Positions 1 to 11,455 of a stretch of 64,000 nucleotides of DNA are shown here, piece after piece. Under the pieces are notes generated by a model. It had not been told where the DNA came from, did not search any database, and saw nothing but the letters and a program-made list of their open reading frames with translations. The DNA is taken from contig JBBQDM010000005.1 of the NCBI GenBank assembly GCA_038319675.1, positions 132,850 to 196,849 of the forward strand. Direction: 5' to 3'. Position numbers and translations under genes: made by a program. The DNA is from Vicinamibacterales bacterium (lineage in GTDB: Bacteria; Acidobacteriota; Vicinamibacteria; Vicinamibacterales; SCN-69-37). Numbering within the stretch: position 1 is the stretch's first letter; every line of letters starts with the position of its first letter.

Positions 1-81
1 CTGCTGGTCGAACCGCCCACCCAGTCCGCGGCCGTCGCGCCGGTCAACGAGTCTTCCAACGCGACGTCCGATGCGCCGGTC

Positions 82-453
82 ATGATGGCCACCAGTGTGG
101 CACCTGCGACAACGGCGTCGGTGGTACCGCCGGGGTTGGACGAGGCCGCGGTGCGGGCGCTCATCCAGGGCGAGATCGCGTCCAGTGGTGTGGTGCGTGT
201 CGCCAGCACCGCACCGGGGTTCACCCCGGCGATGCGGCAGGCATTGCTCGAGCAGACCGAGGAACTGGTCTACAACCGGCACAAACAGCAGTGGGATCTC
301 ATGGGACAGTTCGCCACCCGTGTGCAGGGCGATCTGGCGCGTGAGCGGCAGGCCTCTCAAATCGAGCTGGGCAATCTGCGCGATCAGATTGCCGGCCTCC
401 AGCAAACAGTCAACTTTCTCGTGACGCAGCAGAGCGCGAGGGGACAACAGTGA
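82..453 (+). CDS. hypothetical coiled-coil protein (possibly 5'-truncated by window edge)
   Basis: ORF 82..453. The same frame stays open back to nt 1, so the true start may lie upstream of the window. C-terminal heptad-like 'ELGNLRDQIAGLQQTVNFL'. Stop overlaps the GTG start of the next gene (GTGA, 450-453). No family recognised. Confidence 0.4.
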   Translation: MMATSVAPATTASVVPPGLDEAAVRALIQGEIASSGVVRVASTAPGFTPAMRQALLEQTEELVYNRHKQQWDLMGQFATRVQGDLARERQASQIELGNLRDQIAGLQQTVNFLVTQQSARGQQ

Positions 454-1202
454 CGACGCAGAAGAGTACGACCCATAAGACGTGGTGTTGCCTGGTGATC
501 GGCGGGGTGCTCGTGGCGGGCCTCGGCGTGTCGGCACAGCAGGTGCGCACAGACGCGCTGTCTGCCGAGGCGCAGATTCAACAGCGTCGGTTCCAGTTTC
601 AGCTGATGGAAGGCGTGCTCGAGAACGCCGTGCGCCAGGGGGCCACCGAAGTCGCGATGCGCGCCCAGACGTCGATGCCGCTCGGCACCTTGTTCATGGG
701 CCGCCCAAAGGCCAAGGGTTTTCCGCTCGACGGCTATGGAGTCGTCTTTGACATCGAAATCCCGGTCATCCGCGAAAGCGCGGTCATCGCCAGCCAGATG
801 ATGGTGCCGCTGGCCCCTCCCGCGGCCGGTCCGCAGACGGTGGCTGGTCGTGCCACCGGTGCGCCGACGACACGCAGCACGGGCGTGGTGCCCGAGGATC
901 CCATGGCGCGATCGCCCATCGTGGACGATCCGTTCCTGGCCGAACCCAATCAGTTCTACCGCAACGCCGTGCGCGACAAGCTGGTCGATGCGATGCTCGA
1001 CTATTCACGATCGCTTGGCGTCCCCGAGGCGGAGTGGTTGTCGGTGGTGGCACGTGGCGAGGAGGATCCGATGCCGAACAGTCTGTATGACGACTCGCGC
1101 ACGTTGATTTTGCGGATCACCGGCGCGGACCTCGCCCTGTTTCACACCGGCAAGATCACGCGTGACGAGGTCAAGAAACGAATCATCGAGTCGCAGTTCT
1201 GA
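450..1202 (+). CDS. hypothetical membrane-anchored protein
   Basis: GTG start overlapping the upstream stop. N-terminal hydrophobic anchor 'WCCLVIGGVLVAGLGVSAQ'. GC-rich third codon positions like neighbouring genes. No family recognised. Confidence 0.5.
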   Translation: MTTQKSTTHKTWCCLVIGGVLVAGLGVSAQQVRTDALSAEAQIQQRRFQFQLMEGVLENAVRQGATEVAMRAQTSMPLGTLFMGRPKAKGFPLDGYGVVFDIEIPVIRESAVIASQMMVPLAPPAAGPQTVAGRATGAPTTRSTGVVPEDPMARSPIVDDPFLAEPNQFYRNAVRDKLVDAMLDYSRSLGVPEAEWLSVVARGEEDPMPNSLYDDSRTLILRITGADLALFHTGKITRDEVKKRIIESQF

Positions 1203-1219
1203 TCTACAATCGCCCCGAA

Positions 1220-1768
1220 ATGTTGAAGCCTGCACAACGTCTTCGCGCGCATCTGGCGCATGTCACCGCCGCGGTCCTGTTGACGCTGAGCGCGTTGGGC
1301 TGTGCCCAGGTGGATCTGACCACCGCGCTTGAGGTCGCCGAGATGTCGTCTGGCTTTTATGACGCCGGACTCACCGACCAGGGCCTGAATAAACTCGTGC
1401 CGAGCGTGACGTTCCGGGTCAAAAACACGTCTGGCGATCGACTGACGTCAGTCGACCTGGCGATCTTCTTCTGGGCCAACGGCCGTGACGGCGAGGAAAA
1501 CACCGAGCTCGACGACTTTATCGTCAAGATCGTGGGCAGCGGCAGTAACGGACTCGACAAGGACGGCGTCAGCGAGCCGGTCGTGATTCGCTCAAAGCAG
1601 GGCTACACCCTGCAGGACGCGCGTGCCGAACTCTTTAATCACCCGGCGTTCAGGGACGTGACCGCCAAGCTGTTTCTCAAGCGTGGCGGCAAGATGGTGC
1701 CGTTTGGTGAATTCGAAATCGAGCGACGCCTGTTACTGGCTGCGCCCACCGACGCCCTGTCGAAGTAA
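1220..1768 (+). CDS. hypothetical lipoprotein
   Basis: Signal peptide ending in lipobox-like 'LTLSALGC'. 182 aa. No family recognised. Confidence 0.55.
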   Translation: MLKPAQRLRAHLAHVTAAVLLTLSALGCAQVDLTTALEVAEMSSGFYDAGLTDQGLNKLVPSVTFRVKNTSGDRLTSVDLAIFFWANGRDGEENTELDDFIVKIVGSGSNGLDKDGVSEPVVIRSKQGYTLQDARAELFNHPAFRDVTAKLFLKRGGKMVPFGEFEIERRLLLAAPTDALSK

Positions 1769-1785
1769 CGCCGATCCGGAAGAGG

Positions 1786-1839
1786 GTTTCGGGTAGGGTT
1801 TTCGAACGAAAAGGGCGCGTCGAAAACCCTACCCGAAAC
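1786..1839. terminator. bidirectional hairpin between convergent genes
   Basis: Perfect 20-bp inverted repeat: gtttcgggtagggttttcga (1786-1805) / tcgaaaaccctacccgaaac (1820-1839), with a 14-nt loop. The right arm overlaps the TAG (1829-1831) of the minus-strand gene. No clean U-tract. Confidence 0.55.
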
Positions 1840-2212
1840 GCTTCCGCAGCAGCAGCACCAGCGTGACGAGCGCCAGCGTGCCATCCGTCGCTGCGAATAA
1901 CAGATACGAGGCCGGGCCAGCGTTCCAGACGTGCTCGGCGATGAAGACGGTCGCGCCCAGGCCCTTCAGCACAGGGCCAAACACCCACAGATACGCCCGA
2001 TGCCGCTCCGGGTCCCGCATGGGTTGCAGGTAGCCCAGGCCGACACAGACCAGGAGCAGGCCGCAGATGGTGACAAAAAGACGGGGTTCCGGAACCGGAA
2101 CCCCGAAGAGAGCGGCGAAGCGGTCGGTCGCCACGAGCAGCGCAAGGCCGATGGCGAGGTCATACGCGAACGAGATGCCCGCGACGACCGACAGCTGCCG
2201 CGATGGGCTCAC
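1829..2212 (-). CDS. small polytopic membrane protein, unknown function
   Basis: 127 aa, about 4 hydrophobic segments. GTG start (2212) overlaps the TGA of the upstream PEGA gene (GTGA). Confidence 0.5.
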   Translation of the reverse strand: MSPSRQLSVVAGISFAYDLAIGLALLVATDRFAALFGVPVPEPRLFVTICGLLLVCVGLGYLQPMRDPERHRAYLWVFGPVLKGLGATVFIAEHVWNAGPASYLLFAATDGTLALVTLVLLLRKRFG

Positions 2213-3210
2213 TGCTTCTTGAGCGATCCACGCACCGTGGTTGTGCGCCCCGCCGTGATTTCCACTTCCGGAACGAACGTCTGGTAGCCGTCAGCCTTGA
2301 TTTCAATCAGGGCTGCGCTGATAGGCACCTCGAGGTGGTTGGAGAGACCGCTGAAGTCGCTGACGATGCCGACAAGCGCGCCATTGAGGTACACCTGCGC
2401 CGACGCCGGTGAGACACGGAGGCGGACGGAGGCCATCGGCACATCCCCCTCGTCCTCGGGCGCTGAGGTGGTGGCGCCGTAGCCTGCGGTTCCATCACAG
2501 CGCCAGTACCCGACGTTGTAGCACCACGGGTCGTAGGGGTCGTACCAGGAGCCGTACCGGTAGATCGAATACCGTGAGACGCCGTATCGCCACGGGTCGT
2601 ACGACACGTACCCATAGCCATACCCGCCGTAGTACCAGGGATACCACCGACCCCAGGGGCCGAAGTTGTCGATCGGGACGTACAGGTTGTAGCCCGGAGC
2701 CAACCCCTCCGGGCGCTCCGTCGCCGCGCCGGTCACCGGTCGGTCGCCGCGGGCGCGCGAGCCGCCGTAGGTGGAGATACTGCCGCCAGTGGCGGCCGTC
2801 GGTGCGGAGCCGCGGGTGATCGCCGATCCCGTGCGAGAGCTACCCATGCCGATGTAATCGCCGCCTCCGCTGGTGCCGGACGTGCGGTCGCTGGAGCCCA
2901 AGGGGCGACCCGTCATTGTCGAGGAAGGCCGACTCGGCGCGTCGCTGCTGGACGTCGCGGAACCCGAACGCTGACGGGAATCCGTCGATGGCGACGGCGG
3001 CAGGCTGACCCGCGATGGCTCACGGGACGAACTGCTCGAAGATGTCGAATCACCGCCTCCACCGCCGGACGAGGTCCCGCCGCCTGACGACCCGGAAGAC
3101 GACGAACCGCCGCTGGTGCGCGGAATGGCGGTTTGAGCCGCCACGGTGGCCGGAACGGCCAACGCCGCGGCGACCGAAAGCACGATGAGCGAGCGGGAAT
3201 AACTGGTCAT
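2209..3210 (-). CDS. secreted PEGA-domain protein with Ser/Gly-rich and Tyr/Trp/Gly-rich low-complexity regions
   Basis: C-terminal 'VRLRVSPASAQVYLNGALVG...IEIKADGYQTFVPEVEITAGRTTTVRGSL' matches the PEGA beta-sandwich pattern. Signal peptide 'MTSYSRSLIVLSVAAALAVPATVAAQ'. I chose the ATG at 3210 (M7 of the ORF) because the AAGGAG lies 9 nt upstream. The ORF maximum is 3228. Confidence 0.65.
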   Translation of the reverse strand: MTSYSRSLIVLSVAAALAVPATVAAQTAIPRTSGGSSSSGSSGGGTSSGGGGGDSTSSSSSSREPSRVSLPPSPSTDSRQRSGSATSSSDAPSRPSSTMTGRPLGSSDRTSGTSGGGDYIGMGSSRTGSAITRGSAPTAATGGSISTYGGSRARGDRPVTGAATERPEGLAPGYNLYVPIDNFGPWGRWYPWYYGGYGYGYVSYDPWRYGVSRYSIYRYGSWYDPYDPWCYNVGYWRCDGTAGYGATTSAPEDEGDVPMASVRLRVSPASAQVYLNGALVGIVSDFSGLSNHLEVPISAALIEIKADGYQTFVPEVEITAGRTTTVRGSLKKQ

Positions 3211-3383
3211 GATCAGAGTCTCCTTCATGGCCCTTGGTCAGGGCTTCTCGCTGCGTGGTATTGCAACAATACTGCCAGACGGCCTGCGCCGCAATTGGGG
3301 GACTCCTGGCGGCTGTTTTCTGGGCACTGTCCTCATCAGGGGGCCGACCGGTGGCCTCTTTCGTATACGATCCAAGCTTGTCG

Positions 3384-3916
3384 ATGTCTGAGACCCACGC
3401 CACGACTGTGCTCGCCGTTCGCCACCAGGGTCAGGTCGTGATGGCCAGCGACGGCCAGGTCACGCTGGGACAAACGGTCGTCAAACACGGCGCCCGCAAA
3501 GTGCGCCGACTCTACCAGGATCGCGTGTTGGCAGGCTTCGCCGGCTCGGCCGCCGACGGGTTCGCGCTCTACGGGCGGTTTGAATCCAAGCTCGAGGCCC
3601 ACCGCGGCAATCTGGAGCGCGCCGCCGTCGAGTTGGCCAAGGACTGGCGGACCGACCGCATGTTGCGACGTCTGGAAGCCATGCTGCTTGTGGCCGACCA
3701 GGAGGGCATGTATCTGCTCTCGGGCACCGGCGATTTGATTGAACCTGACGACGGGATCATGGGCATTGGTTCGGGCGGCGCCTTCGCGATGGCGGCGGCT
3801 CGCGCGCTGGTACGGCACTCCTCCCTGCCCGCACGGGAGGTTGTGGAACACGCGATGGGCATTGCCGCAGACATCTGCGTGTACACCAACACACGCCTGA
3901 CGGTGGAAACACTCTG

Positions 3917-3917
<1 letters not shown>
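3384..3917 (+). CDS. hslV: ATP-dependent protease subunit HslV
   Basis: '[44 protein letters not shown]' parallels HslV/CodW (N-terminal 'HATT' catalytic Thr context). The ATG at 3384 gives 177 aa. The longer ORF start at 3234 is rejected. Confidence 0.9.
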
Positions 3918-5271
<1,354 letters not shown>

Positions 5272-5275
<4 letters not shown>

Positions 5276-6456
5276 AACGTCTGTGTGCGATTGCCGTGCT
5301 CGCGGTCCTGGCCGCCTGTGGTCAGAAGGGGCCGCCGCTGCCGCCGTTGCGCCCCCTGCCCGCCCCACCCACCGAGGTGACGGCGCGTCGTGTGTCCGAC
5401 CGCGTTGTGGTGAGTCTTGTCGTGCCGTCGGTGAATCAGGACCCGACTTCTCCGTTGTCGTTATCGCGTGTGGACATCTACGCACGCTCGCTGGGGTACG
5501 GCTCGGTCGCGCCGGTGATCACGCAGTTGCTCGATCGGGAGTTTCTGGTGGGGTCGATCGAGGTGCGCCCGGCGCCCGATGCGTCCGTGCCGCCGCCGGT
5601 GGTGTCTGACCCGTCTGCGCCGGTTGATTCGCGACCAGCCCCCGGTGAACGGGCCGTCTGGTCGGAATCGCTTCAGGGACTTGATGTGCGCCCCTTGAGT
5701 TTGACGCGCGAGCAACAGACAGCCGTCGCGGCCCGGCGTCCCTTCGCCCTGCCGTTGCCCCCCACCGGGGTGGCCGTGCCGTTCACGCCGATTGTGTTGC
5801 CGACGCGATACTACGTGGCCGTGGGTGTGTCGGCGCAGGGGCGCGCCGGCGCGACCTCCATGGTGGTCCCTGTGCCGTTGGGCGGCGCACCGGTCGCGCC
5901 GACCGACCCGATACTGGCCTACACCGAGACCACACTGACACTGACGTGGACCGCGCCGGTCGGCGCCCGCGTGCGGGTGTACGCCTCGTCGGCGGATGGT
6001 GTCGAGGCGGCATCACCCGTGCAGGCGGCACCCATTACGGCGGCCTCGTGGTCCGAGCCGGTGGTGTTTGGCCAGGGGCGCTGTTTCACGGTGCGGCAGG
6101 TGTTGGTGGCGGGTCCGGTCACGACCGAAAGTGCCCCTGCGGGACCGGTCTGCACAACACCCGTGGACACGTTCCCGCCGGCGGTCCCCGGTGACCTGCG
6201 TGGGTTGAGTGAACCGGGCCGCGTGATTCTTGAGTGGGCACCGGTCACCACTGCGGACGTCGCCGGGTACCACGTGTTGCGCGCTGAAGGGGCTGGTGCC
6301 ACACTGCAGGCGCTGACCACCGCGCCGGTGGTCTCTGTCGGGTACGTGGATCTGACGGCACAGGTGGACGTGGAATATCGCTATGTGGTGGTCGCCATCG
6401 ACCGGGCGGGCAATCTCAGCGCCCAGTCAAACATGATCACGGTGACAGGACGATAA
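5272..6456 (+). CDS. large lipoprotein with CGQKGP lipobox motif and C-terminal fibronectin-III-like domain
   Basis: '[19 protein letters not shown]' N-terminus. C-terminal '[24 protein letters not shown]...GYHVLRAEG...[15 protein letters not shown]' is Fn3-like. GTGA overlap with hslU. Confidence 0.6.
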
Positions 6457-6476
6457 AAACGAAAGAGCAGACTCGC

Positions 6477-7235
6477 ATGACACGACTGTATCGAATCGAG
6501 TACGAGGGGCAGCCACGCTACGCCGGGGAACGGGACGGCCAGTGGCGTCTGGTGGATGGGGATGTGTTCGGCACGTGGAGCCTGGGTGCCGAGATCGCCT
6601 CGACGGGCCATCGTCTGCTCGCGCCGGTGCAGCCTTCAAAGATTGTCTGCGTCGGGCTGAACTACAAGGACCACGCGGCAGAACAGAACAAGCCGCTGCC
6701 GGCAGAGCCCCTGCTCTTCATCAAGCCATCGACGACGGTGATCGGTCCGGGGGAGGCGATTCAGGCCCCGGCGTGGGCCGGGCGTATCGACCACGAAGCG
6801 GAACTCGGTCTGGTTATTGGCACGCGCGCGCACCGGGTGCCCCTCGACAAGGCCTACGACCACGTGCTCGGGCTCATCGCCGTGAACGACGTGACGGCGC
6901 GCGATTTGCAGAACAAGGACGGGCAGTACACCCGCTGCAAGGGGTTCGACACCTTTGCGCCGATCGGCCCCTGCATCGCGACCGGTCTTGACGGTCGTGA
7001 CCTCGCCGTGCGCGGCTACGTGAACGGTCACCTGCGGCAGGATTCACGCACGCGGGAGCTGATCTTTACCATCCCCGAACTCATCACCTTCATCACCTCC
7101 ATCATGACGTTGCTGCCGGGGGACATCATCTCCACCGGCACTCCGTCCGGCATCGGCCCGATTGTGCCGGGCGATTCCGTCACCGTGTCCATCGAAGGCG
7201 TCGGCGCCTTGACCAACTCCGTGGTGCTCCAATGA
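6477..7235 (+). CDS. fumarylacetoacetate hydrolase (FAH) family protein
   Basis: '[15 protein letters not shown]...[18 protein letters not shown]...[12 protein letters not shown]...NDVTARDLQ...[13 protein letters not shown]' is a typical FAH-fold (HpcE / oxaloacetate-decarboxylase-like) pattern. Confidence 0.85.
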   Translation: MTRLYRIEYEGQPRYAGERDGQWRLVDGDVFGTWSLGAEIASTGHRLLAPVQPSKIVCVGLNYKDHAAEQNKPLPAEPLLFIKPSTTVIGPGEAIQAPAWAGRIDHEAELGLVIGTRAHRVPLDKAYDHVLGLIAVNDVTARDLQNKDGQYTRCKGFDTFAPIGPCIATGLDGRDLAVRGYVNGHLRQDSRTRELIFTIPELITFITSIMTLLPGDIISTGTPSGIGPIVPGDSVTVSIEGVGALTNSVVLQ

Positions 7236-7882
7236 AACTGTTTCTCGATACCGGCAACCTCAAGGAAATCCAGGCCATGATGCCGCTCGGCCTCGTGGAT
7301 GGTGTCACGACCAACCCGTCGCTCATGGCAAAGGAAGGCGGCGACCCGCGCGCGATCATCAAGTCCATCTGTGACGTGGTGCAGGGCCCGGTCAGTGCTG
7401 AAGTGGTCGCCACCGACTGGGAAGGCATGGTGAAGGAGGGCCGTGAGCTCGCCACCATCGATCCTCATGTGGTCGTGAAGGTGCCGTTCACGCGCGATGG
7501 CGTACGTGCCACCAAGATCCTCGCTGATGAGGGCACACGCGTGAACGTGACCCTTATCTTCAGCGCCGCCCAGGCCCTGCTGGCCGCCAAGGTCGGCGCG
7601 GCGTATGTCAGTCCGTTTGTCGGACGCCTGGATGACATCGCCTCGGACGGCATGGGGTTGATCCGGCAGATCGTCGAAATTTTCGACAGCTACCCGTTCA
7701 CCACGGAAATTCTGGTCGCCAGTGTCCGTGGCCCGATGCACATCGTGGAAGCGGCGCGCATGGGCGCGGATGTCTGCACGTGTCCGTCGTCGGTGATTGA
7801 GGCGTGCTTCAAACATCCCCTGACCGATATTGGCCTTGAGAAGTTTCTGGCAGACTGGGCGAAGGCGCAGGCGGGCAAATAA
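7232..7882 (+). CDS. short-type transaldolase / fructose-6-phosphate aldolase family
   Basis: '[14 protein letters not shown]...[12 protein letters not shown]...VVKVP...TLIFS...[14 protein letters not shown]'. 216 aa. ATGA overlap with the FAH gene. Confidence 0.85.
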   Translation: MKLFLDTGNLKEIQAMMPLGLVDGVTTNPSLMAKEGGDPRAIIKSICDVVQGPVSAEVVATDWEGMVKEGRELATIDPHVVVKVPFTRDGVRATKILADEGTRVNVTLIFSAAQALLAAKVGAAYVSPFVGRLDDIASDGMGLIRQIVEIFDSYPFTTEILVASVRGPMHIVEAARMGADVCTCPSSVIEACFKHPLTDIGLEKFLADWAKAQAGK

Positions 7883-9426
7883 TGTCGACGCCGCAGGAAC
7901 AACTCGCCGAGCTTGAGCGGCGGGCCGAACTCGGTGGCGGCGAAGACCGGCTGAAAAAGCAGCGCGACGCCGGAAAATTGACGGCGCGCGAACGCATCGA
8001 CCTGCTGTTTGATGCCGGCACGTTCGACGAGTTCGACAAACTGGTGACGCACCGGTGCCGTGACTTCGGCATGGAGAAGGAACTGGTGCCCGGGGACGGC
8101 GTGGTCGCGGGACAGGGCCTGGTGGATGGCCGGTCGGTCTTTGCGTTTGCGCAGGACTTCACCGTGTTCGGCGGTTCGCTCTCCGAAACCAATGCCGCGA
8201 AGATCGTCAAGGTGATGGACCTGGCGATGAAGATGGGCGCGCCGGTCGTCGGGCTGAATGACTCCGGCGGCGCGCGCATTCAGGAAGGCGTGTTGTCGCT
8301 GGCCGGGTACGCCGACATCTTTCTGCGCAACACGCTGGCGTCCGGCGTGATCCCGCAGATCTCCGCCATCATGGGGCCGTGTGCCGGTGGCGCCGTATAT
8401 TCACCGGCCATCACCGACTTCAACATCATGGTGGAAGGCACGAGCTATATGTTCGTGACCGGGCCGGATGTCATCAAGACGGTGACGCACGAAGACGTGA
8501 CGAAGGAAGAGCTCGGCGGGGCGATGACGCACAACGCCACGAGCGGTGTCGCGCATTTTGCCGTCCCCTCGGACCGCGAATGCATCCTGCTGATTCGCGA
8601 ACTGCTGGGCTACCTGCCGTCGAACAACCTGGATGATCCGCCTCGTGTGGCCACCAGTGATCCGGTGGATCGTGAAGACGACGCGCTCGATACCGTGGTG
8701 CCTGAGCAGCCCAACCAGCCGTATGACATGCACGACCTCATTCAGCTCGTGGTCGATGACGCGGCGTTTCTTGAAGTGCACCAGCACTACGCGCAGAACA
8801 TCATCACGGGATTTGCGCGACTGGGCGGCCGGTCGGTGGGCATCGTGGCGAATCAGCCGAAGGTGCTGGCGGGCTGCCTCGACATCAACGCGTCCGTGAA
8901 AGGCGCGCGGTTTGTGCGCTTCTGCGACGCGTTTAATATTCCCTTGATCACCTTTGAGGATGTGCCGGGCTTTCTGCCCGGCGTGCAACAGGAACACGCC
9001 GGCATCATTCGCGCCGGGGCAAAGCTGCTGTATGCGTACGCGGAAGCGACGGTGCCGAAGATCACCGTCATCACGCGCAAGGCCTACGGCGGCGCGTACT
9101 GCGTGATGGCCAGCAAACACATCCGCACCGACTTCAATTTTGCGTTCCCGACGGCCGAGATCGCCGTGATGGGGCCGGAAGGCGCGGTGAATGTGTTGTT
9201 CCGACGCGAACTGCAGACCGCTGAGGACCCCGTCGCACGGCGGGCCGAGCTGGTGGCCGAGTTCCGCGAAAAACTGGCCAATCCGTTTGTCGCGGCCTCG
9301 CGTGGTTTCATCGATGAAGTCATCCTGCCCCGCACCACACGCGCGCGCCTGATTGCCGCCCTCGGCAGTTGTGAGACCAAACGCGACAAAAACCCGCCGA
9401 AAAAACACGGCAATATTCCCCTGTGA
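7882..9426 (+). CDS. acyl-CoA carboxylase carboxyltransferase subunit (propionyl-CoA carboxylase beta / methylmalonyl-CoA carboxyltransferase family)
   Basis: '[21 protein letters not shown]...[32 protein letters not shown]...[13 protein letters not shown]...[13 protein letters not shown]'. 514 aa. Confidence 0.9.
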   Translation: MSTPQEQLAELERRAELGGGEDRLKKQRDAGKLTARERIDLLFDAGTFDEFDKLVTHRCRDFGMEKELVPGDGVVAGQGLVDGRSVFAFAQDFTVFGGSLSETNAAKIVKVMDLAMKMGAPVVGLNDSGGARIQEGVLSLAGYADIFLRNTLASGVIPQISAIMGPCAGGAVYSPAITDFNIMVEGTSYMFVTGPDVIKTVTHEDVTKEELGGAMTHNATSGVAHFAVPSDRECILLIRELLGYLPSNNLDDPPRVATSDPVDREDDALDTVVPEQPNQPYDMHDLIQLVVDDAAFLEVHQHYAQNIITGFARLGGRSVGIVANQPKVLAGCLDINASVKGARFVRFCDAFNIPLITFEDVPGFLPGVQQEHAGIIRAGAKLLYAYAEATVPKITVITRKAYGGAYCVMASKHIRTDFNFAFPTAEIAVMGPEGAVNVLFRRELQTAEDPVARRAELVAEFREKLANPFVAASRGFIDEVILPRTTRARLIAALGSCETKRDKNPPKKHGNIPL

Positions 9427-10949
9427 GCGTGGTGCCAAAAGTTCTCATCGCCAATCGCGGCGAAATTGCTGTTCGCGTCATTCGGGCCTGCCGGGAAATG
9501 GGGCTGGGCTCGGTTGCGGTGTACTCGGACCCCGACCGCACGGCGCTGCACGTGCGGCGCGCCGACGAGGCGTACCGGATCGGGGCCGGGCCGGCCAACG
9601 AGAGTTATCTGTGCATCGACAAGCTGATCGACGTGGCCCGCAAGAGCGGCGCCACACTCGTGCACCCGGGGTACGGCTTTCTCGCCGAGAATGAGGAGTT
9701 CGCGCAGGCGTGTGTGGATGCGGGGCTCACGTTTGTGGGGCCGTCGCCTGACGCCATTCGGCGCATGGGCAGCAAGACCGGCGCGCGGCAGGTCGCGATG
9801 GCCGCGGGCGTTCCCGTCGTGCCTGGCACCGAGTCGCCGTTTGCCGCCGATGCGTCGGATGAGGAAATCGTCGCGGCGGCACAAGCGATCGGATATCCGC
9901 TGATCGTCAAGGCCGTGTCAGGTGGTGGCGGCAAGGGCATGCGCACGGTGGCGGCACCGGCGGATTTGCTCGCGGCCGTCCGCACCGCACGGTCGGAGGC
10001 CGGATCAGCGTTCGGGGACTCCGCGGTGTATCTCGAGCGCAAGATCCTGAAGCCCCGGCATATCGAAGTGCAGTTGATGGGTGATCACGCCGGTACGGTG
10101 ATTCCATTTGTCGAGCGGGAGTGTTCGATTCAGCGGCGACACCAGAAGGTGGTGGAAGAATCACCCTCGCTCGCACTGGATTCGGCCACCCGCACCGCGA
10201 TGGCCGAGTGTGCGGCGGCTGTGGCCCGCACCGTCGGCTACACCAACGCCGGGACCATCGAGTTCCTGCTCGACGAAGACGGGCAGTTCTACTTCCTCGA
10301 AATGAACACCCGCCTGCAGGTGGAACACCCGGTCACGGAACTGGTCACCGGCATCGATCTGGTGCACTGGCAGCTTCGTGTCGCGATGGGTGAACCGCTG
10401 ACCATTGATCCGGTGCAGGCGTTGACACCGCGTGGTCACGCGATTGAGTGTCGCATCTATGCGGAGGACCCCGACCAGGGGTTCATGCCCTCGCCGGGAC
10501 TGGTGCGCGCCTTGAGTGTGCCGGGTGGTCCAGGCGTGCGCGACGATCGTGGCGTCTCTGCCGGGTTCGAGATTCCGTTGTTTTACGACTCGATGATTTC
10601 CAAACTGGTGGTCTGGGGTGAAGATCGGCCGCAGGCGATCGCCCGACTGCGCCGGGTGCTCGATGAGTACCGTGTCGCCGGTGTGCGCACCACGTTGCCG
10701 TTCTTTCGTTGGTTGGTGGCGCAGCCTGAGTTCAGTGCCGGCGACTTTGACACCACGTACCTGGACGGGTTGCTGGCCACGCGCAAGGGGCAGCCGTTTG
10801 TGAAGGCGTCCACCGAAGATGGTCAGGATGCCGTGATCATTGCCGCCGTGGCTGCGTGGTTTCGGGCCAATCAGGCGTCCGGTGCCGGTGCCGCCGCTGG
10901 CGACACCAGCGTGTGGCGTCGCACGGCCCGAACGGAGGGCTGCCGATGA
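9423..10949 (+). CDS. biotin carboxylase subunit of acyl-CoA carboxylase
   Basis: '[22 protein letters not shown]...[10 protein letters not shown]...GGGGKGMR...[14 protein letters not shown]'. GTGA overlap upstream, ATGA overlap downstream. Confidence 0.9.
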   Translation: MSVVPKVLIANRGEIAVRVIRACREMGLGSVAVYSDPDRTALHVRRADEAYRIGAGPANESYLCIDKLIDVARKSGATLVHPGYGFLAENEEFAQACVDAGLTFVGPSPDAIRRMGSKTGARQVAMAAGVPVVPGTESPFAADASDEEIVAAAQAIGYPLIVKAVSGGGGKGMRTVAAPADLLAAVRTARSEAGSAFGDSAVYLERKILKPRHIEVQLMGDHAGTVIPFVERECSIQRRHQKVVEESPSLALDSATRTAMAECAAAVARTVGYTNAGTIEFLLDEDGQFYFLEMNTRLQVEHPVTELVTGIDLVHWQLRVAMGEPLTIDPVQALTPRGHAIECRIYAEDPDQGFMPSPGLVRALSVPGGPGVRDDRGVSAGFEIPLFYDSMISKLVVWGEDRPQAIARLRRVLDEYRVAGVRTTLPFFRWLVAQPEFSAGDFDTTYLDGLLATRKGQPFVKASTEDGQDAVIIAAVAAWFRANQASGAGAAAGDTSVWRRTARTEGCR

Positions 10950-11446
10950 GACTCGACGTCGAACTCGACGGCCAGACGCGCACCGTGCAGGTGGAGCGCA
11001 GCCCGGATGGGCGCTTTCAGATCGCGGTTGATGGCGAGCCGCACACGGTGGATGTGCAGCAGACCGATGTCGGGCTGTCACTGGTTTTTGAAGATGGTCG
11101 CTCGCTGGAAGCCGCCGCCACACCGCAGACCGGGGGGGAGTGGCTGATTCAGTTGCCCCACGTCGACGTGGCCGTGGTGGTGGACGGGCAGCGGCACGGT
11201 CGTCGCGGGGTCGGCGGACCGTCTGGCGCCGGTGCGCAGCGGGTGATCGCCCCGATGCCCGGGCGCGTCCTTCGTGTGCTGGTGGCTGTCGGTGACGAGG
11301 TTGGCCATCGCCAGGGGTTGGTCGTGGTGGAAGCCATGAAGATGGAAAACGAACTCGGGGCCCCGAAGGCCGGGCGTGTCACCGAGATTGCGGTCATCGA
11401 AGGCGTGACGGTCGAAGCCGGGCGTCTGCTCATGGTGATTGAGTAA
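10946..11446 (+). CDS. biotin carboxyl carrier (biotin/lipoyl attachment) protein
   Basis: C-terminal 'VVVEAMKMENELGAPKAGRVTEI' biotinylation motif (E-A-M-K-M). The ATG at 10946 overlaps the accC-like TGA. The longer ORF start at 10856 is rejected. Confidence 0.8.
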   Translation: MRLDVELDGQTRTVQVERSPDGRFQIAVDGEPHTVDVQQTDVGLSLVFEDGRSLEAAATPQTGGEWLIQLPHVDVAVVVDGQRHGRRGVGGPSGAGAQRVIAPMPGRVLRVLVAVGDEVGHRQGLVVVEAMKMENELGAPKAGRVTEIAVIEGVTVEAGRLLMVIE

Positions 11447-11455
11447 AGTGAAGAT

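Noticed and set aside
3234-3383. N-terminal extensions given by the maximal ORFs, for example hslV from 3234, GT39 from 24973, GT4 from 27370 and 28538, M14 from 37733, barrel gene from 44490, Nav channel from 51224, BON from 51455, PPIase from 55470, DUF305 from 59348 and GGT from 61107
   Set aside because: The extensions are Arg/Pro-rich, overlap upstream genes or promoters, and precede obvious signal peptides or conserved N-termini. Internal ATG/GTG codons with SD-like sequences or 4-nt stop/start overlaps give family-typical lengths.
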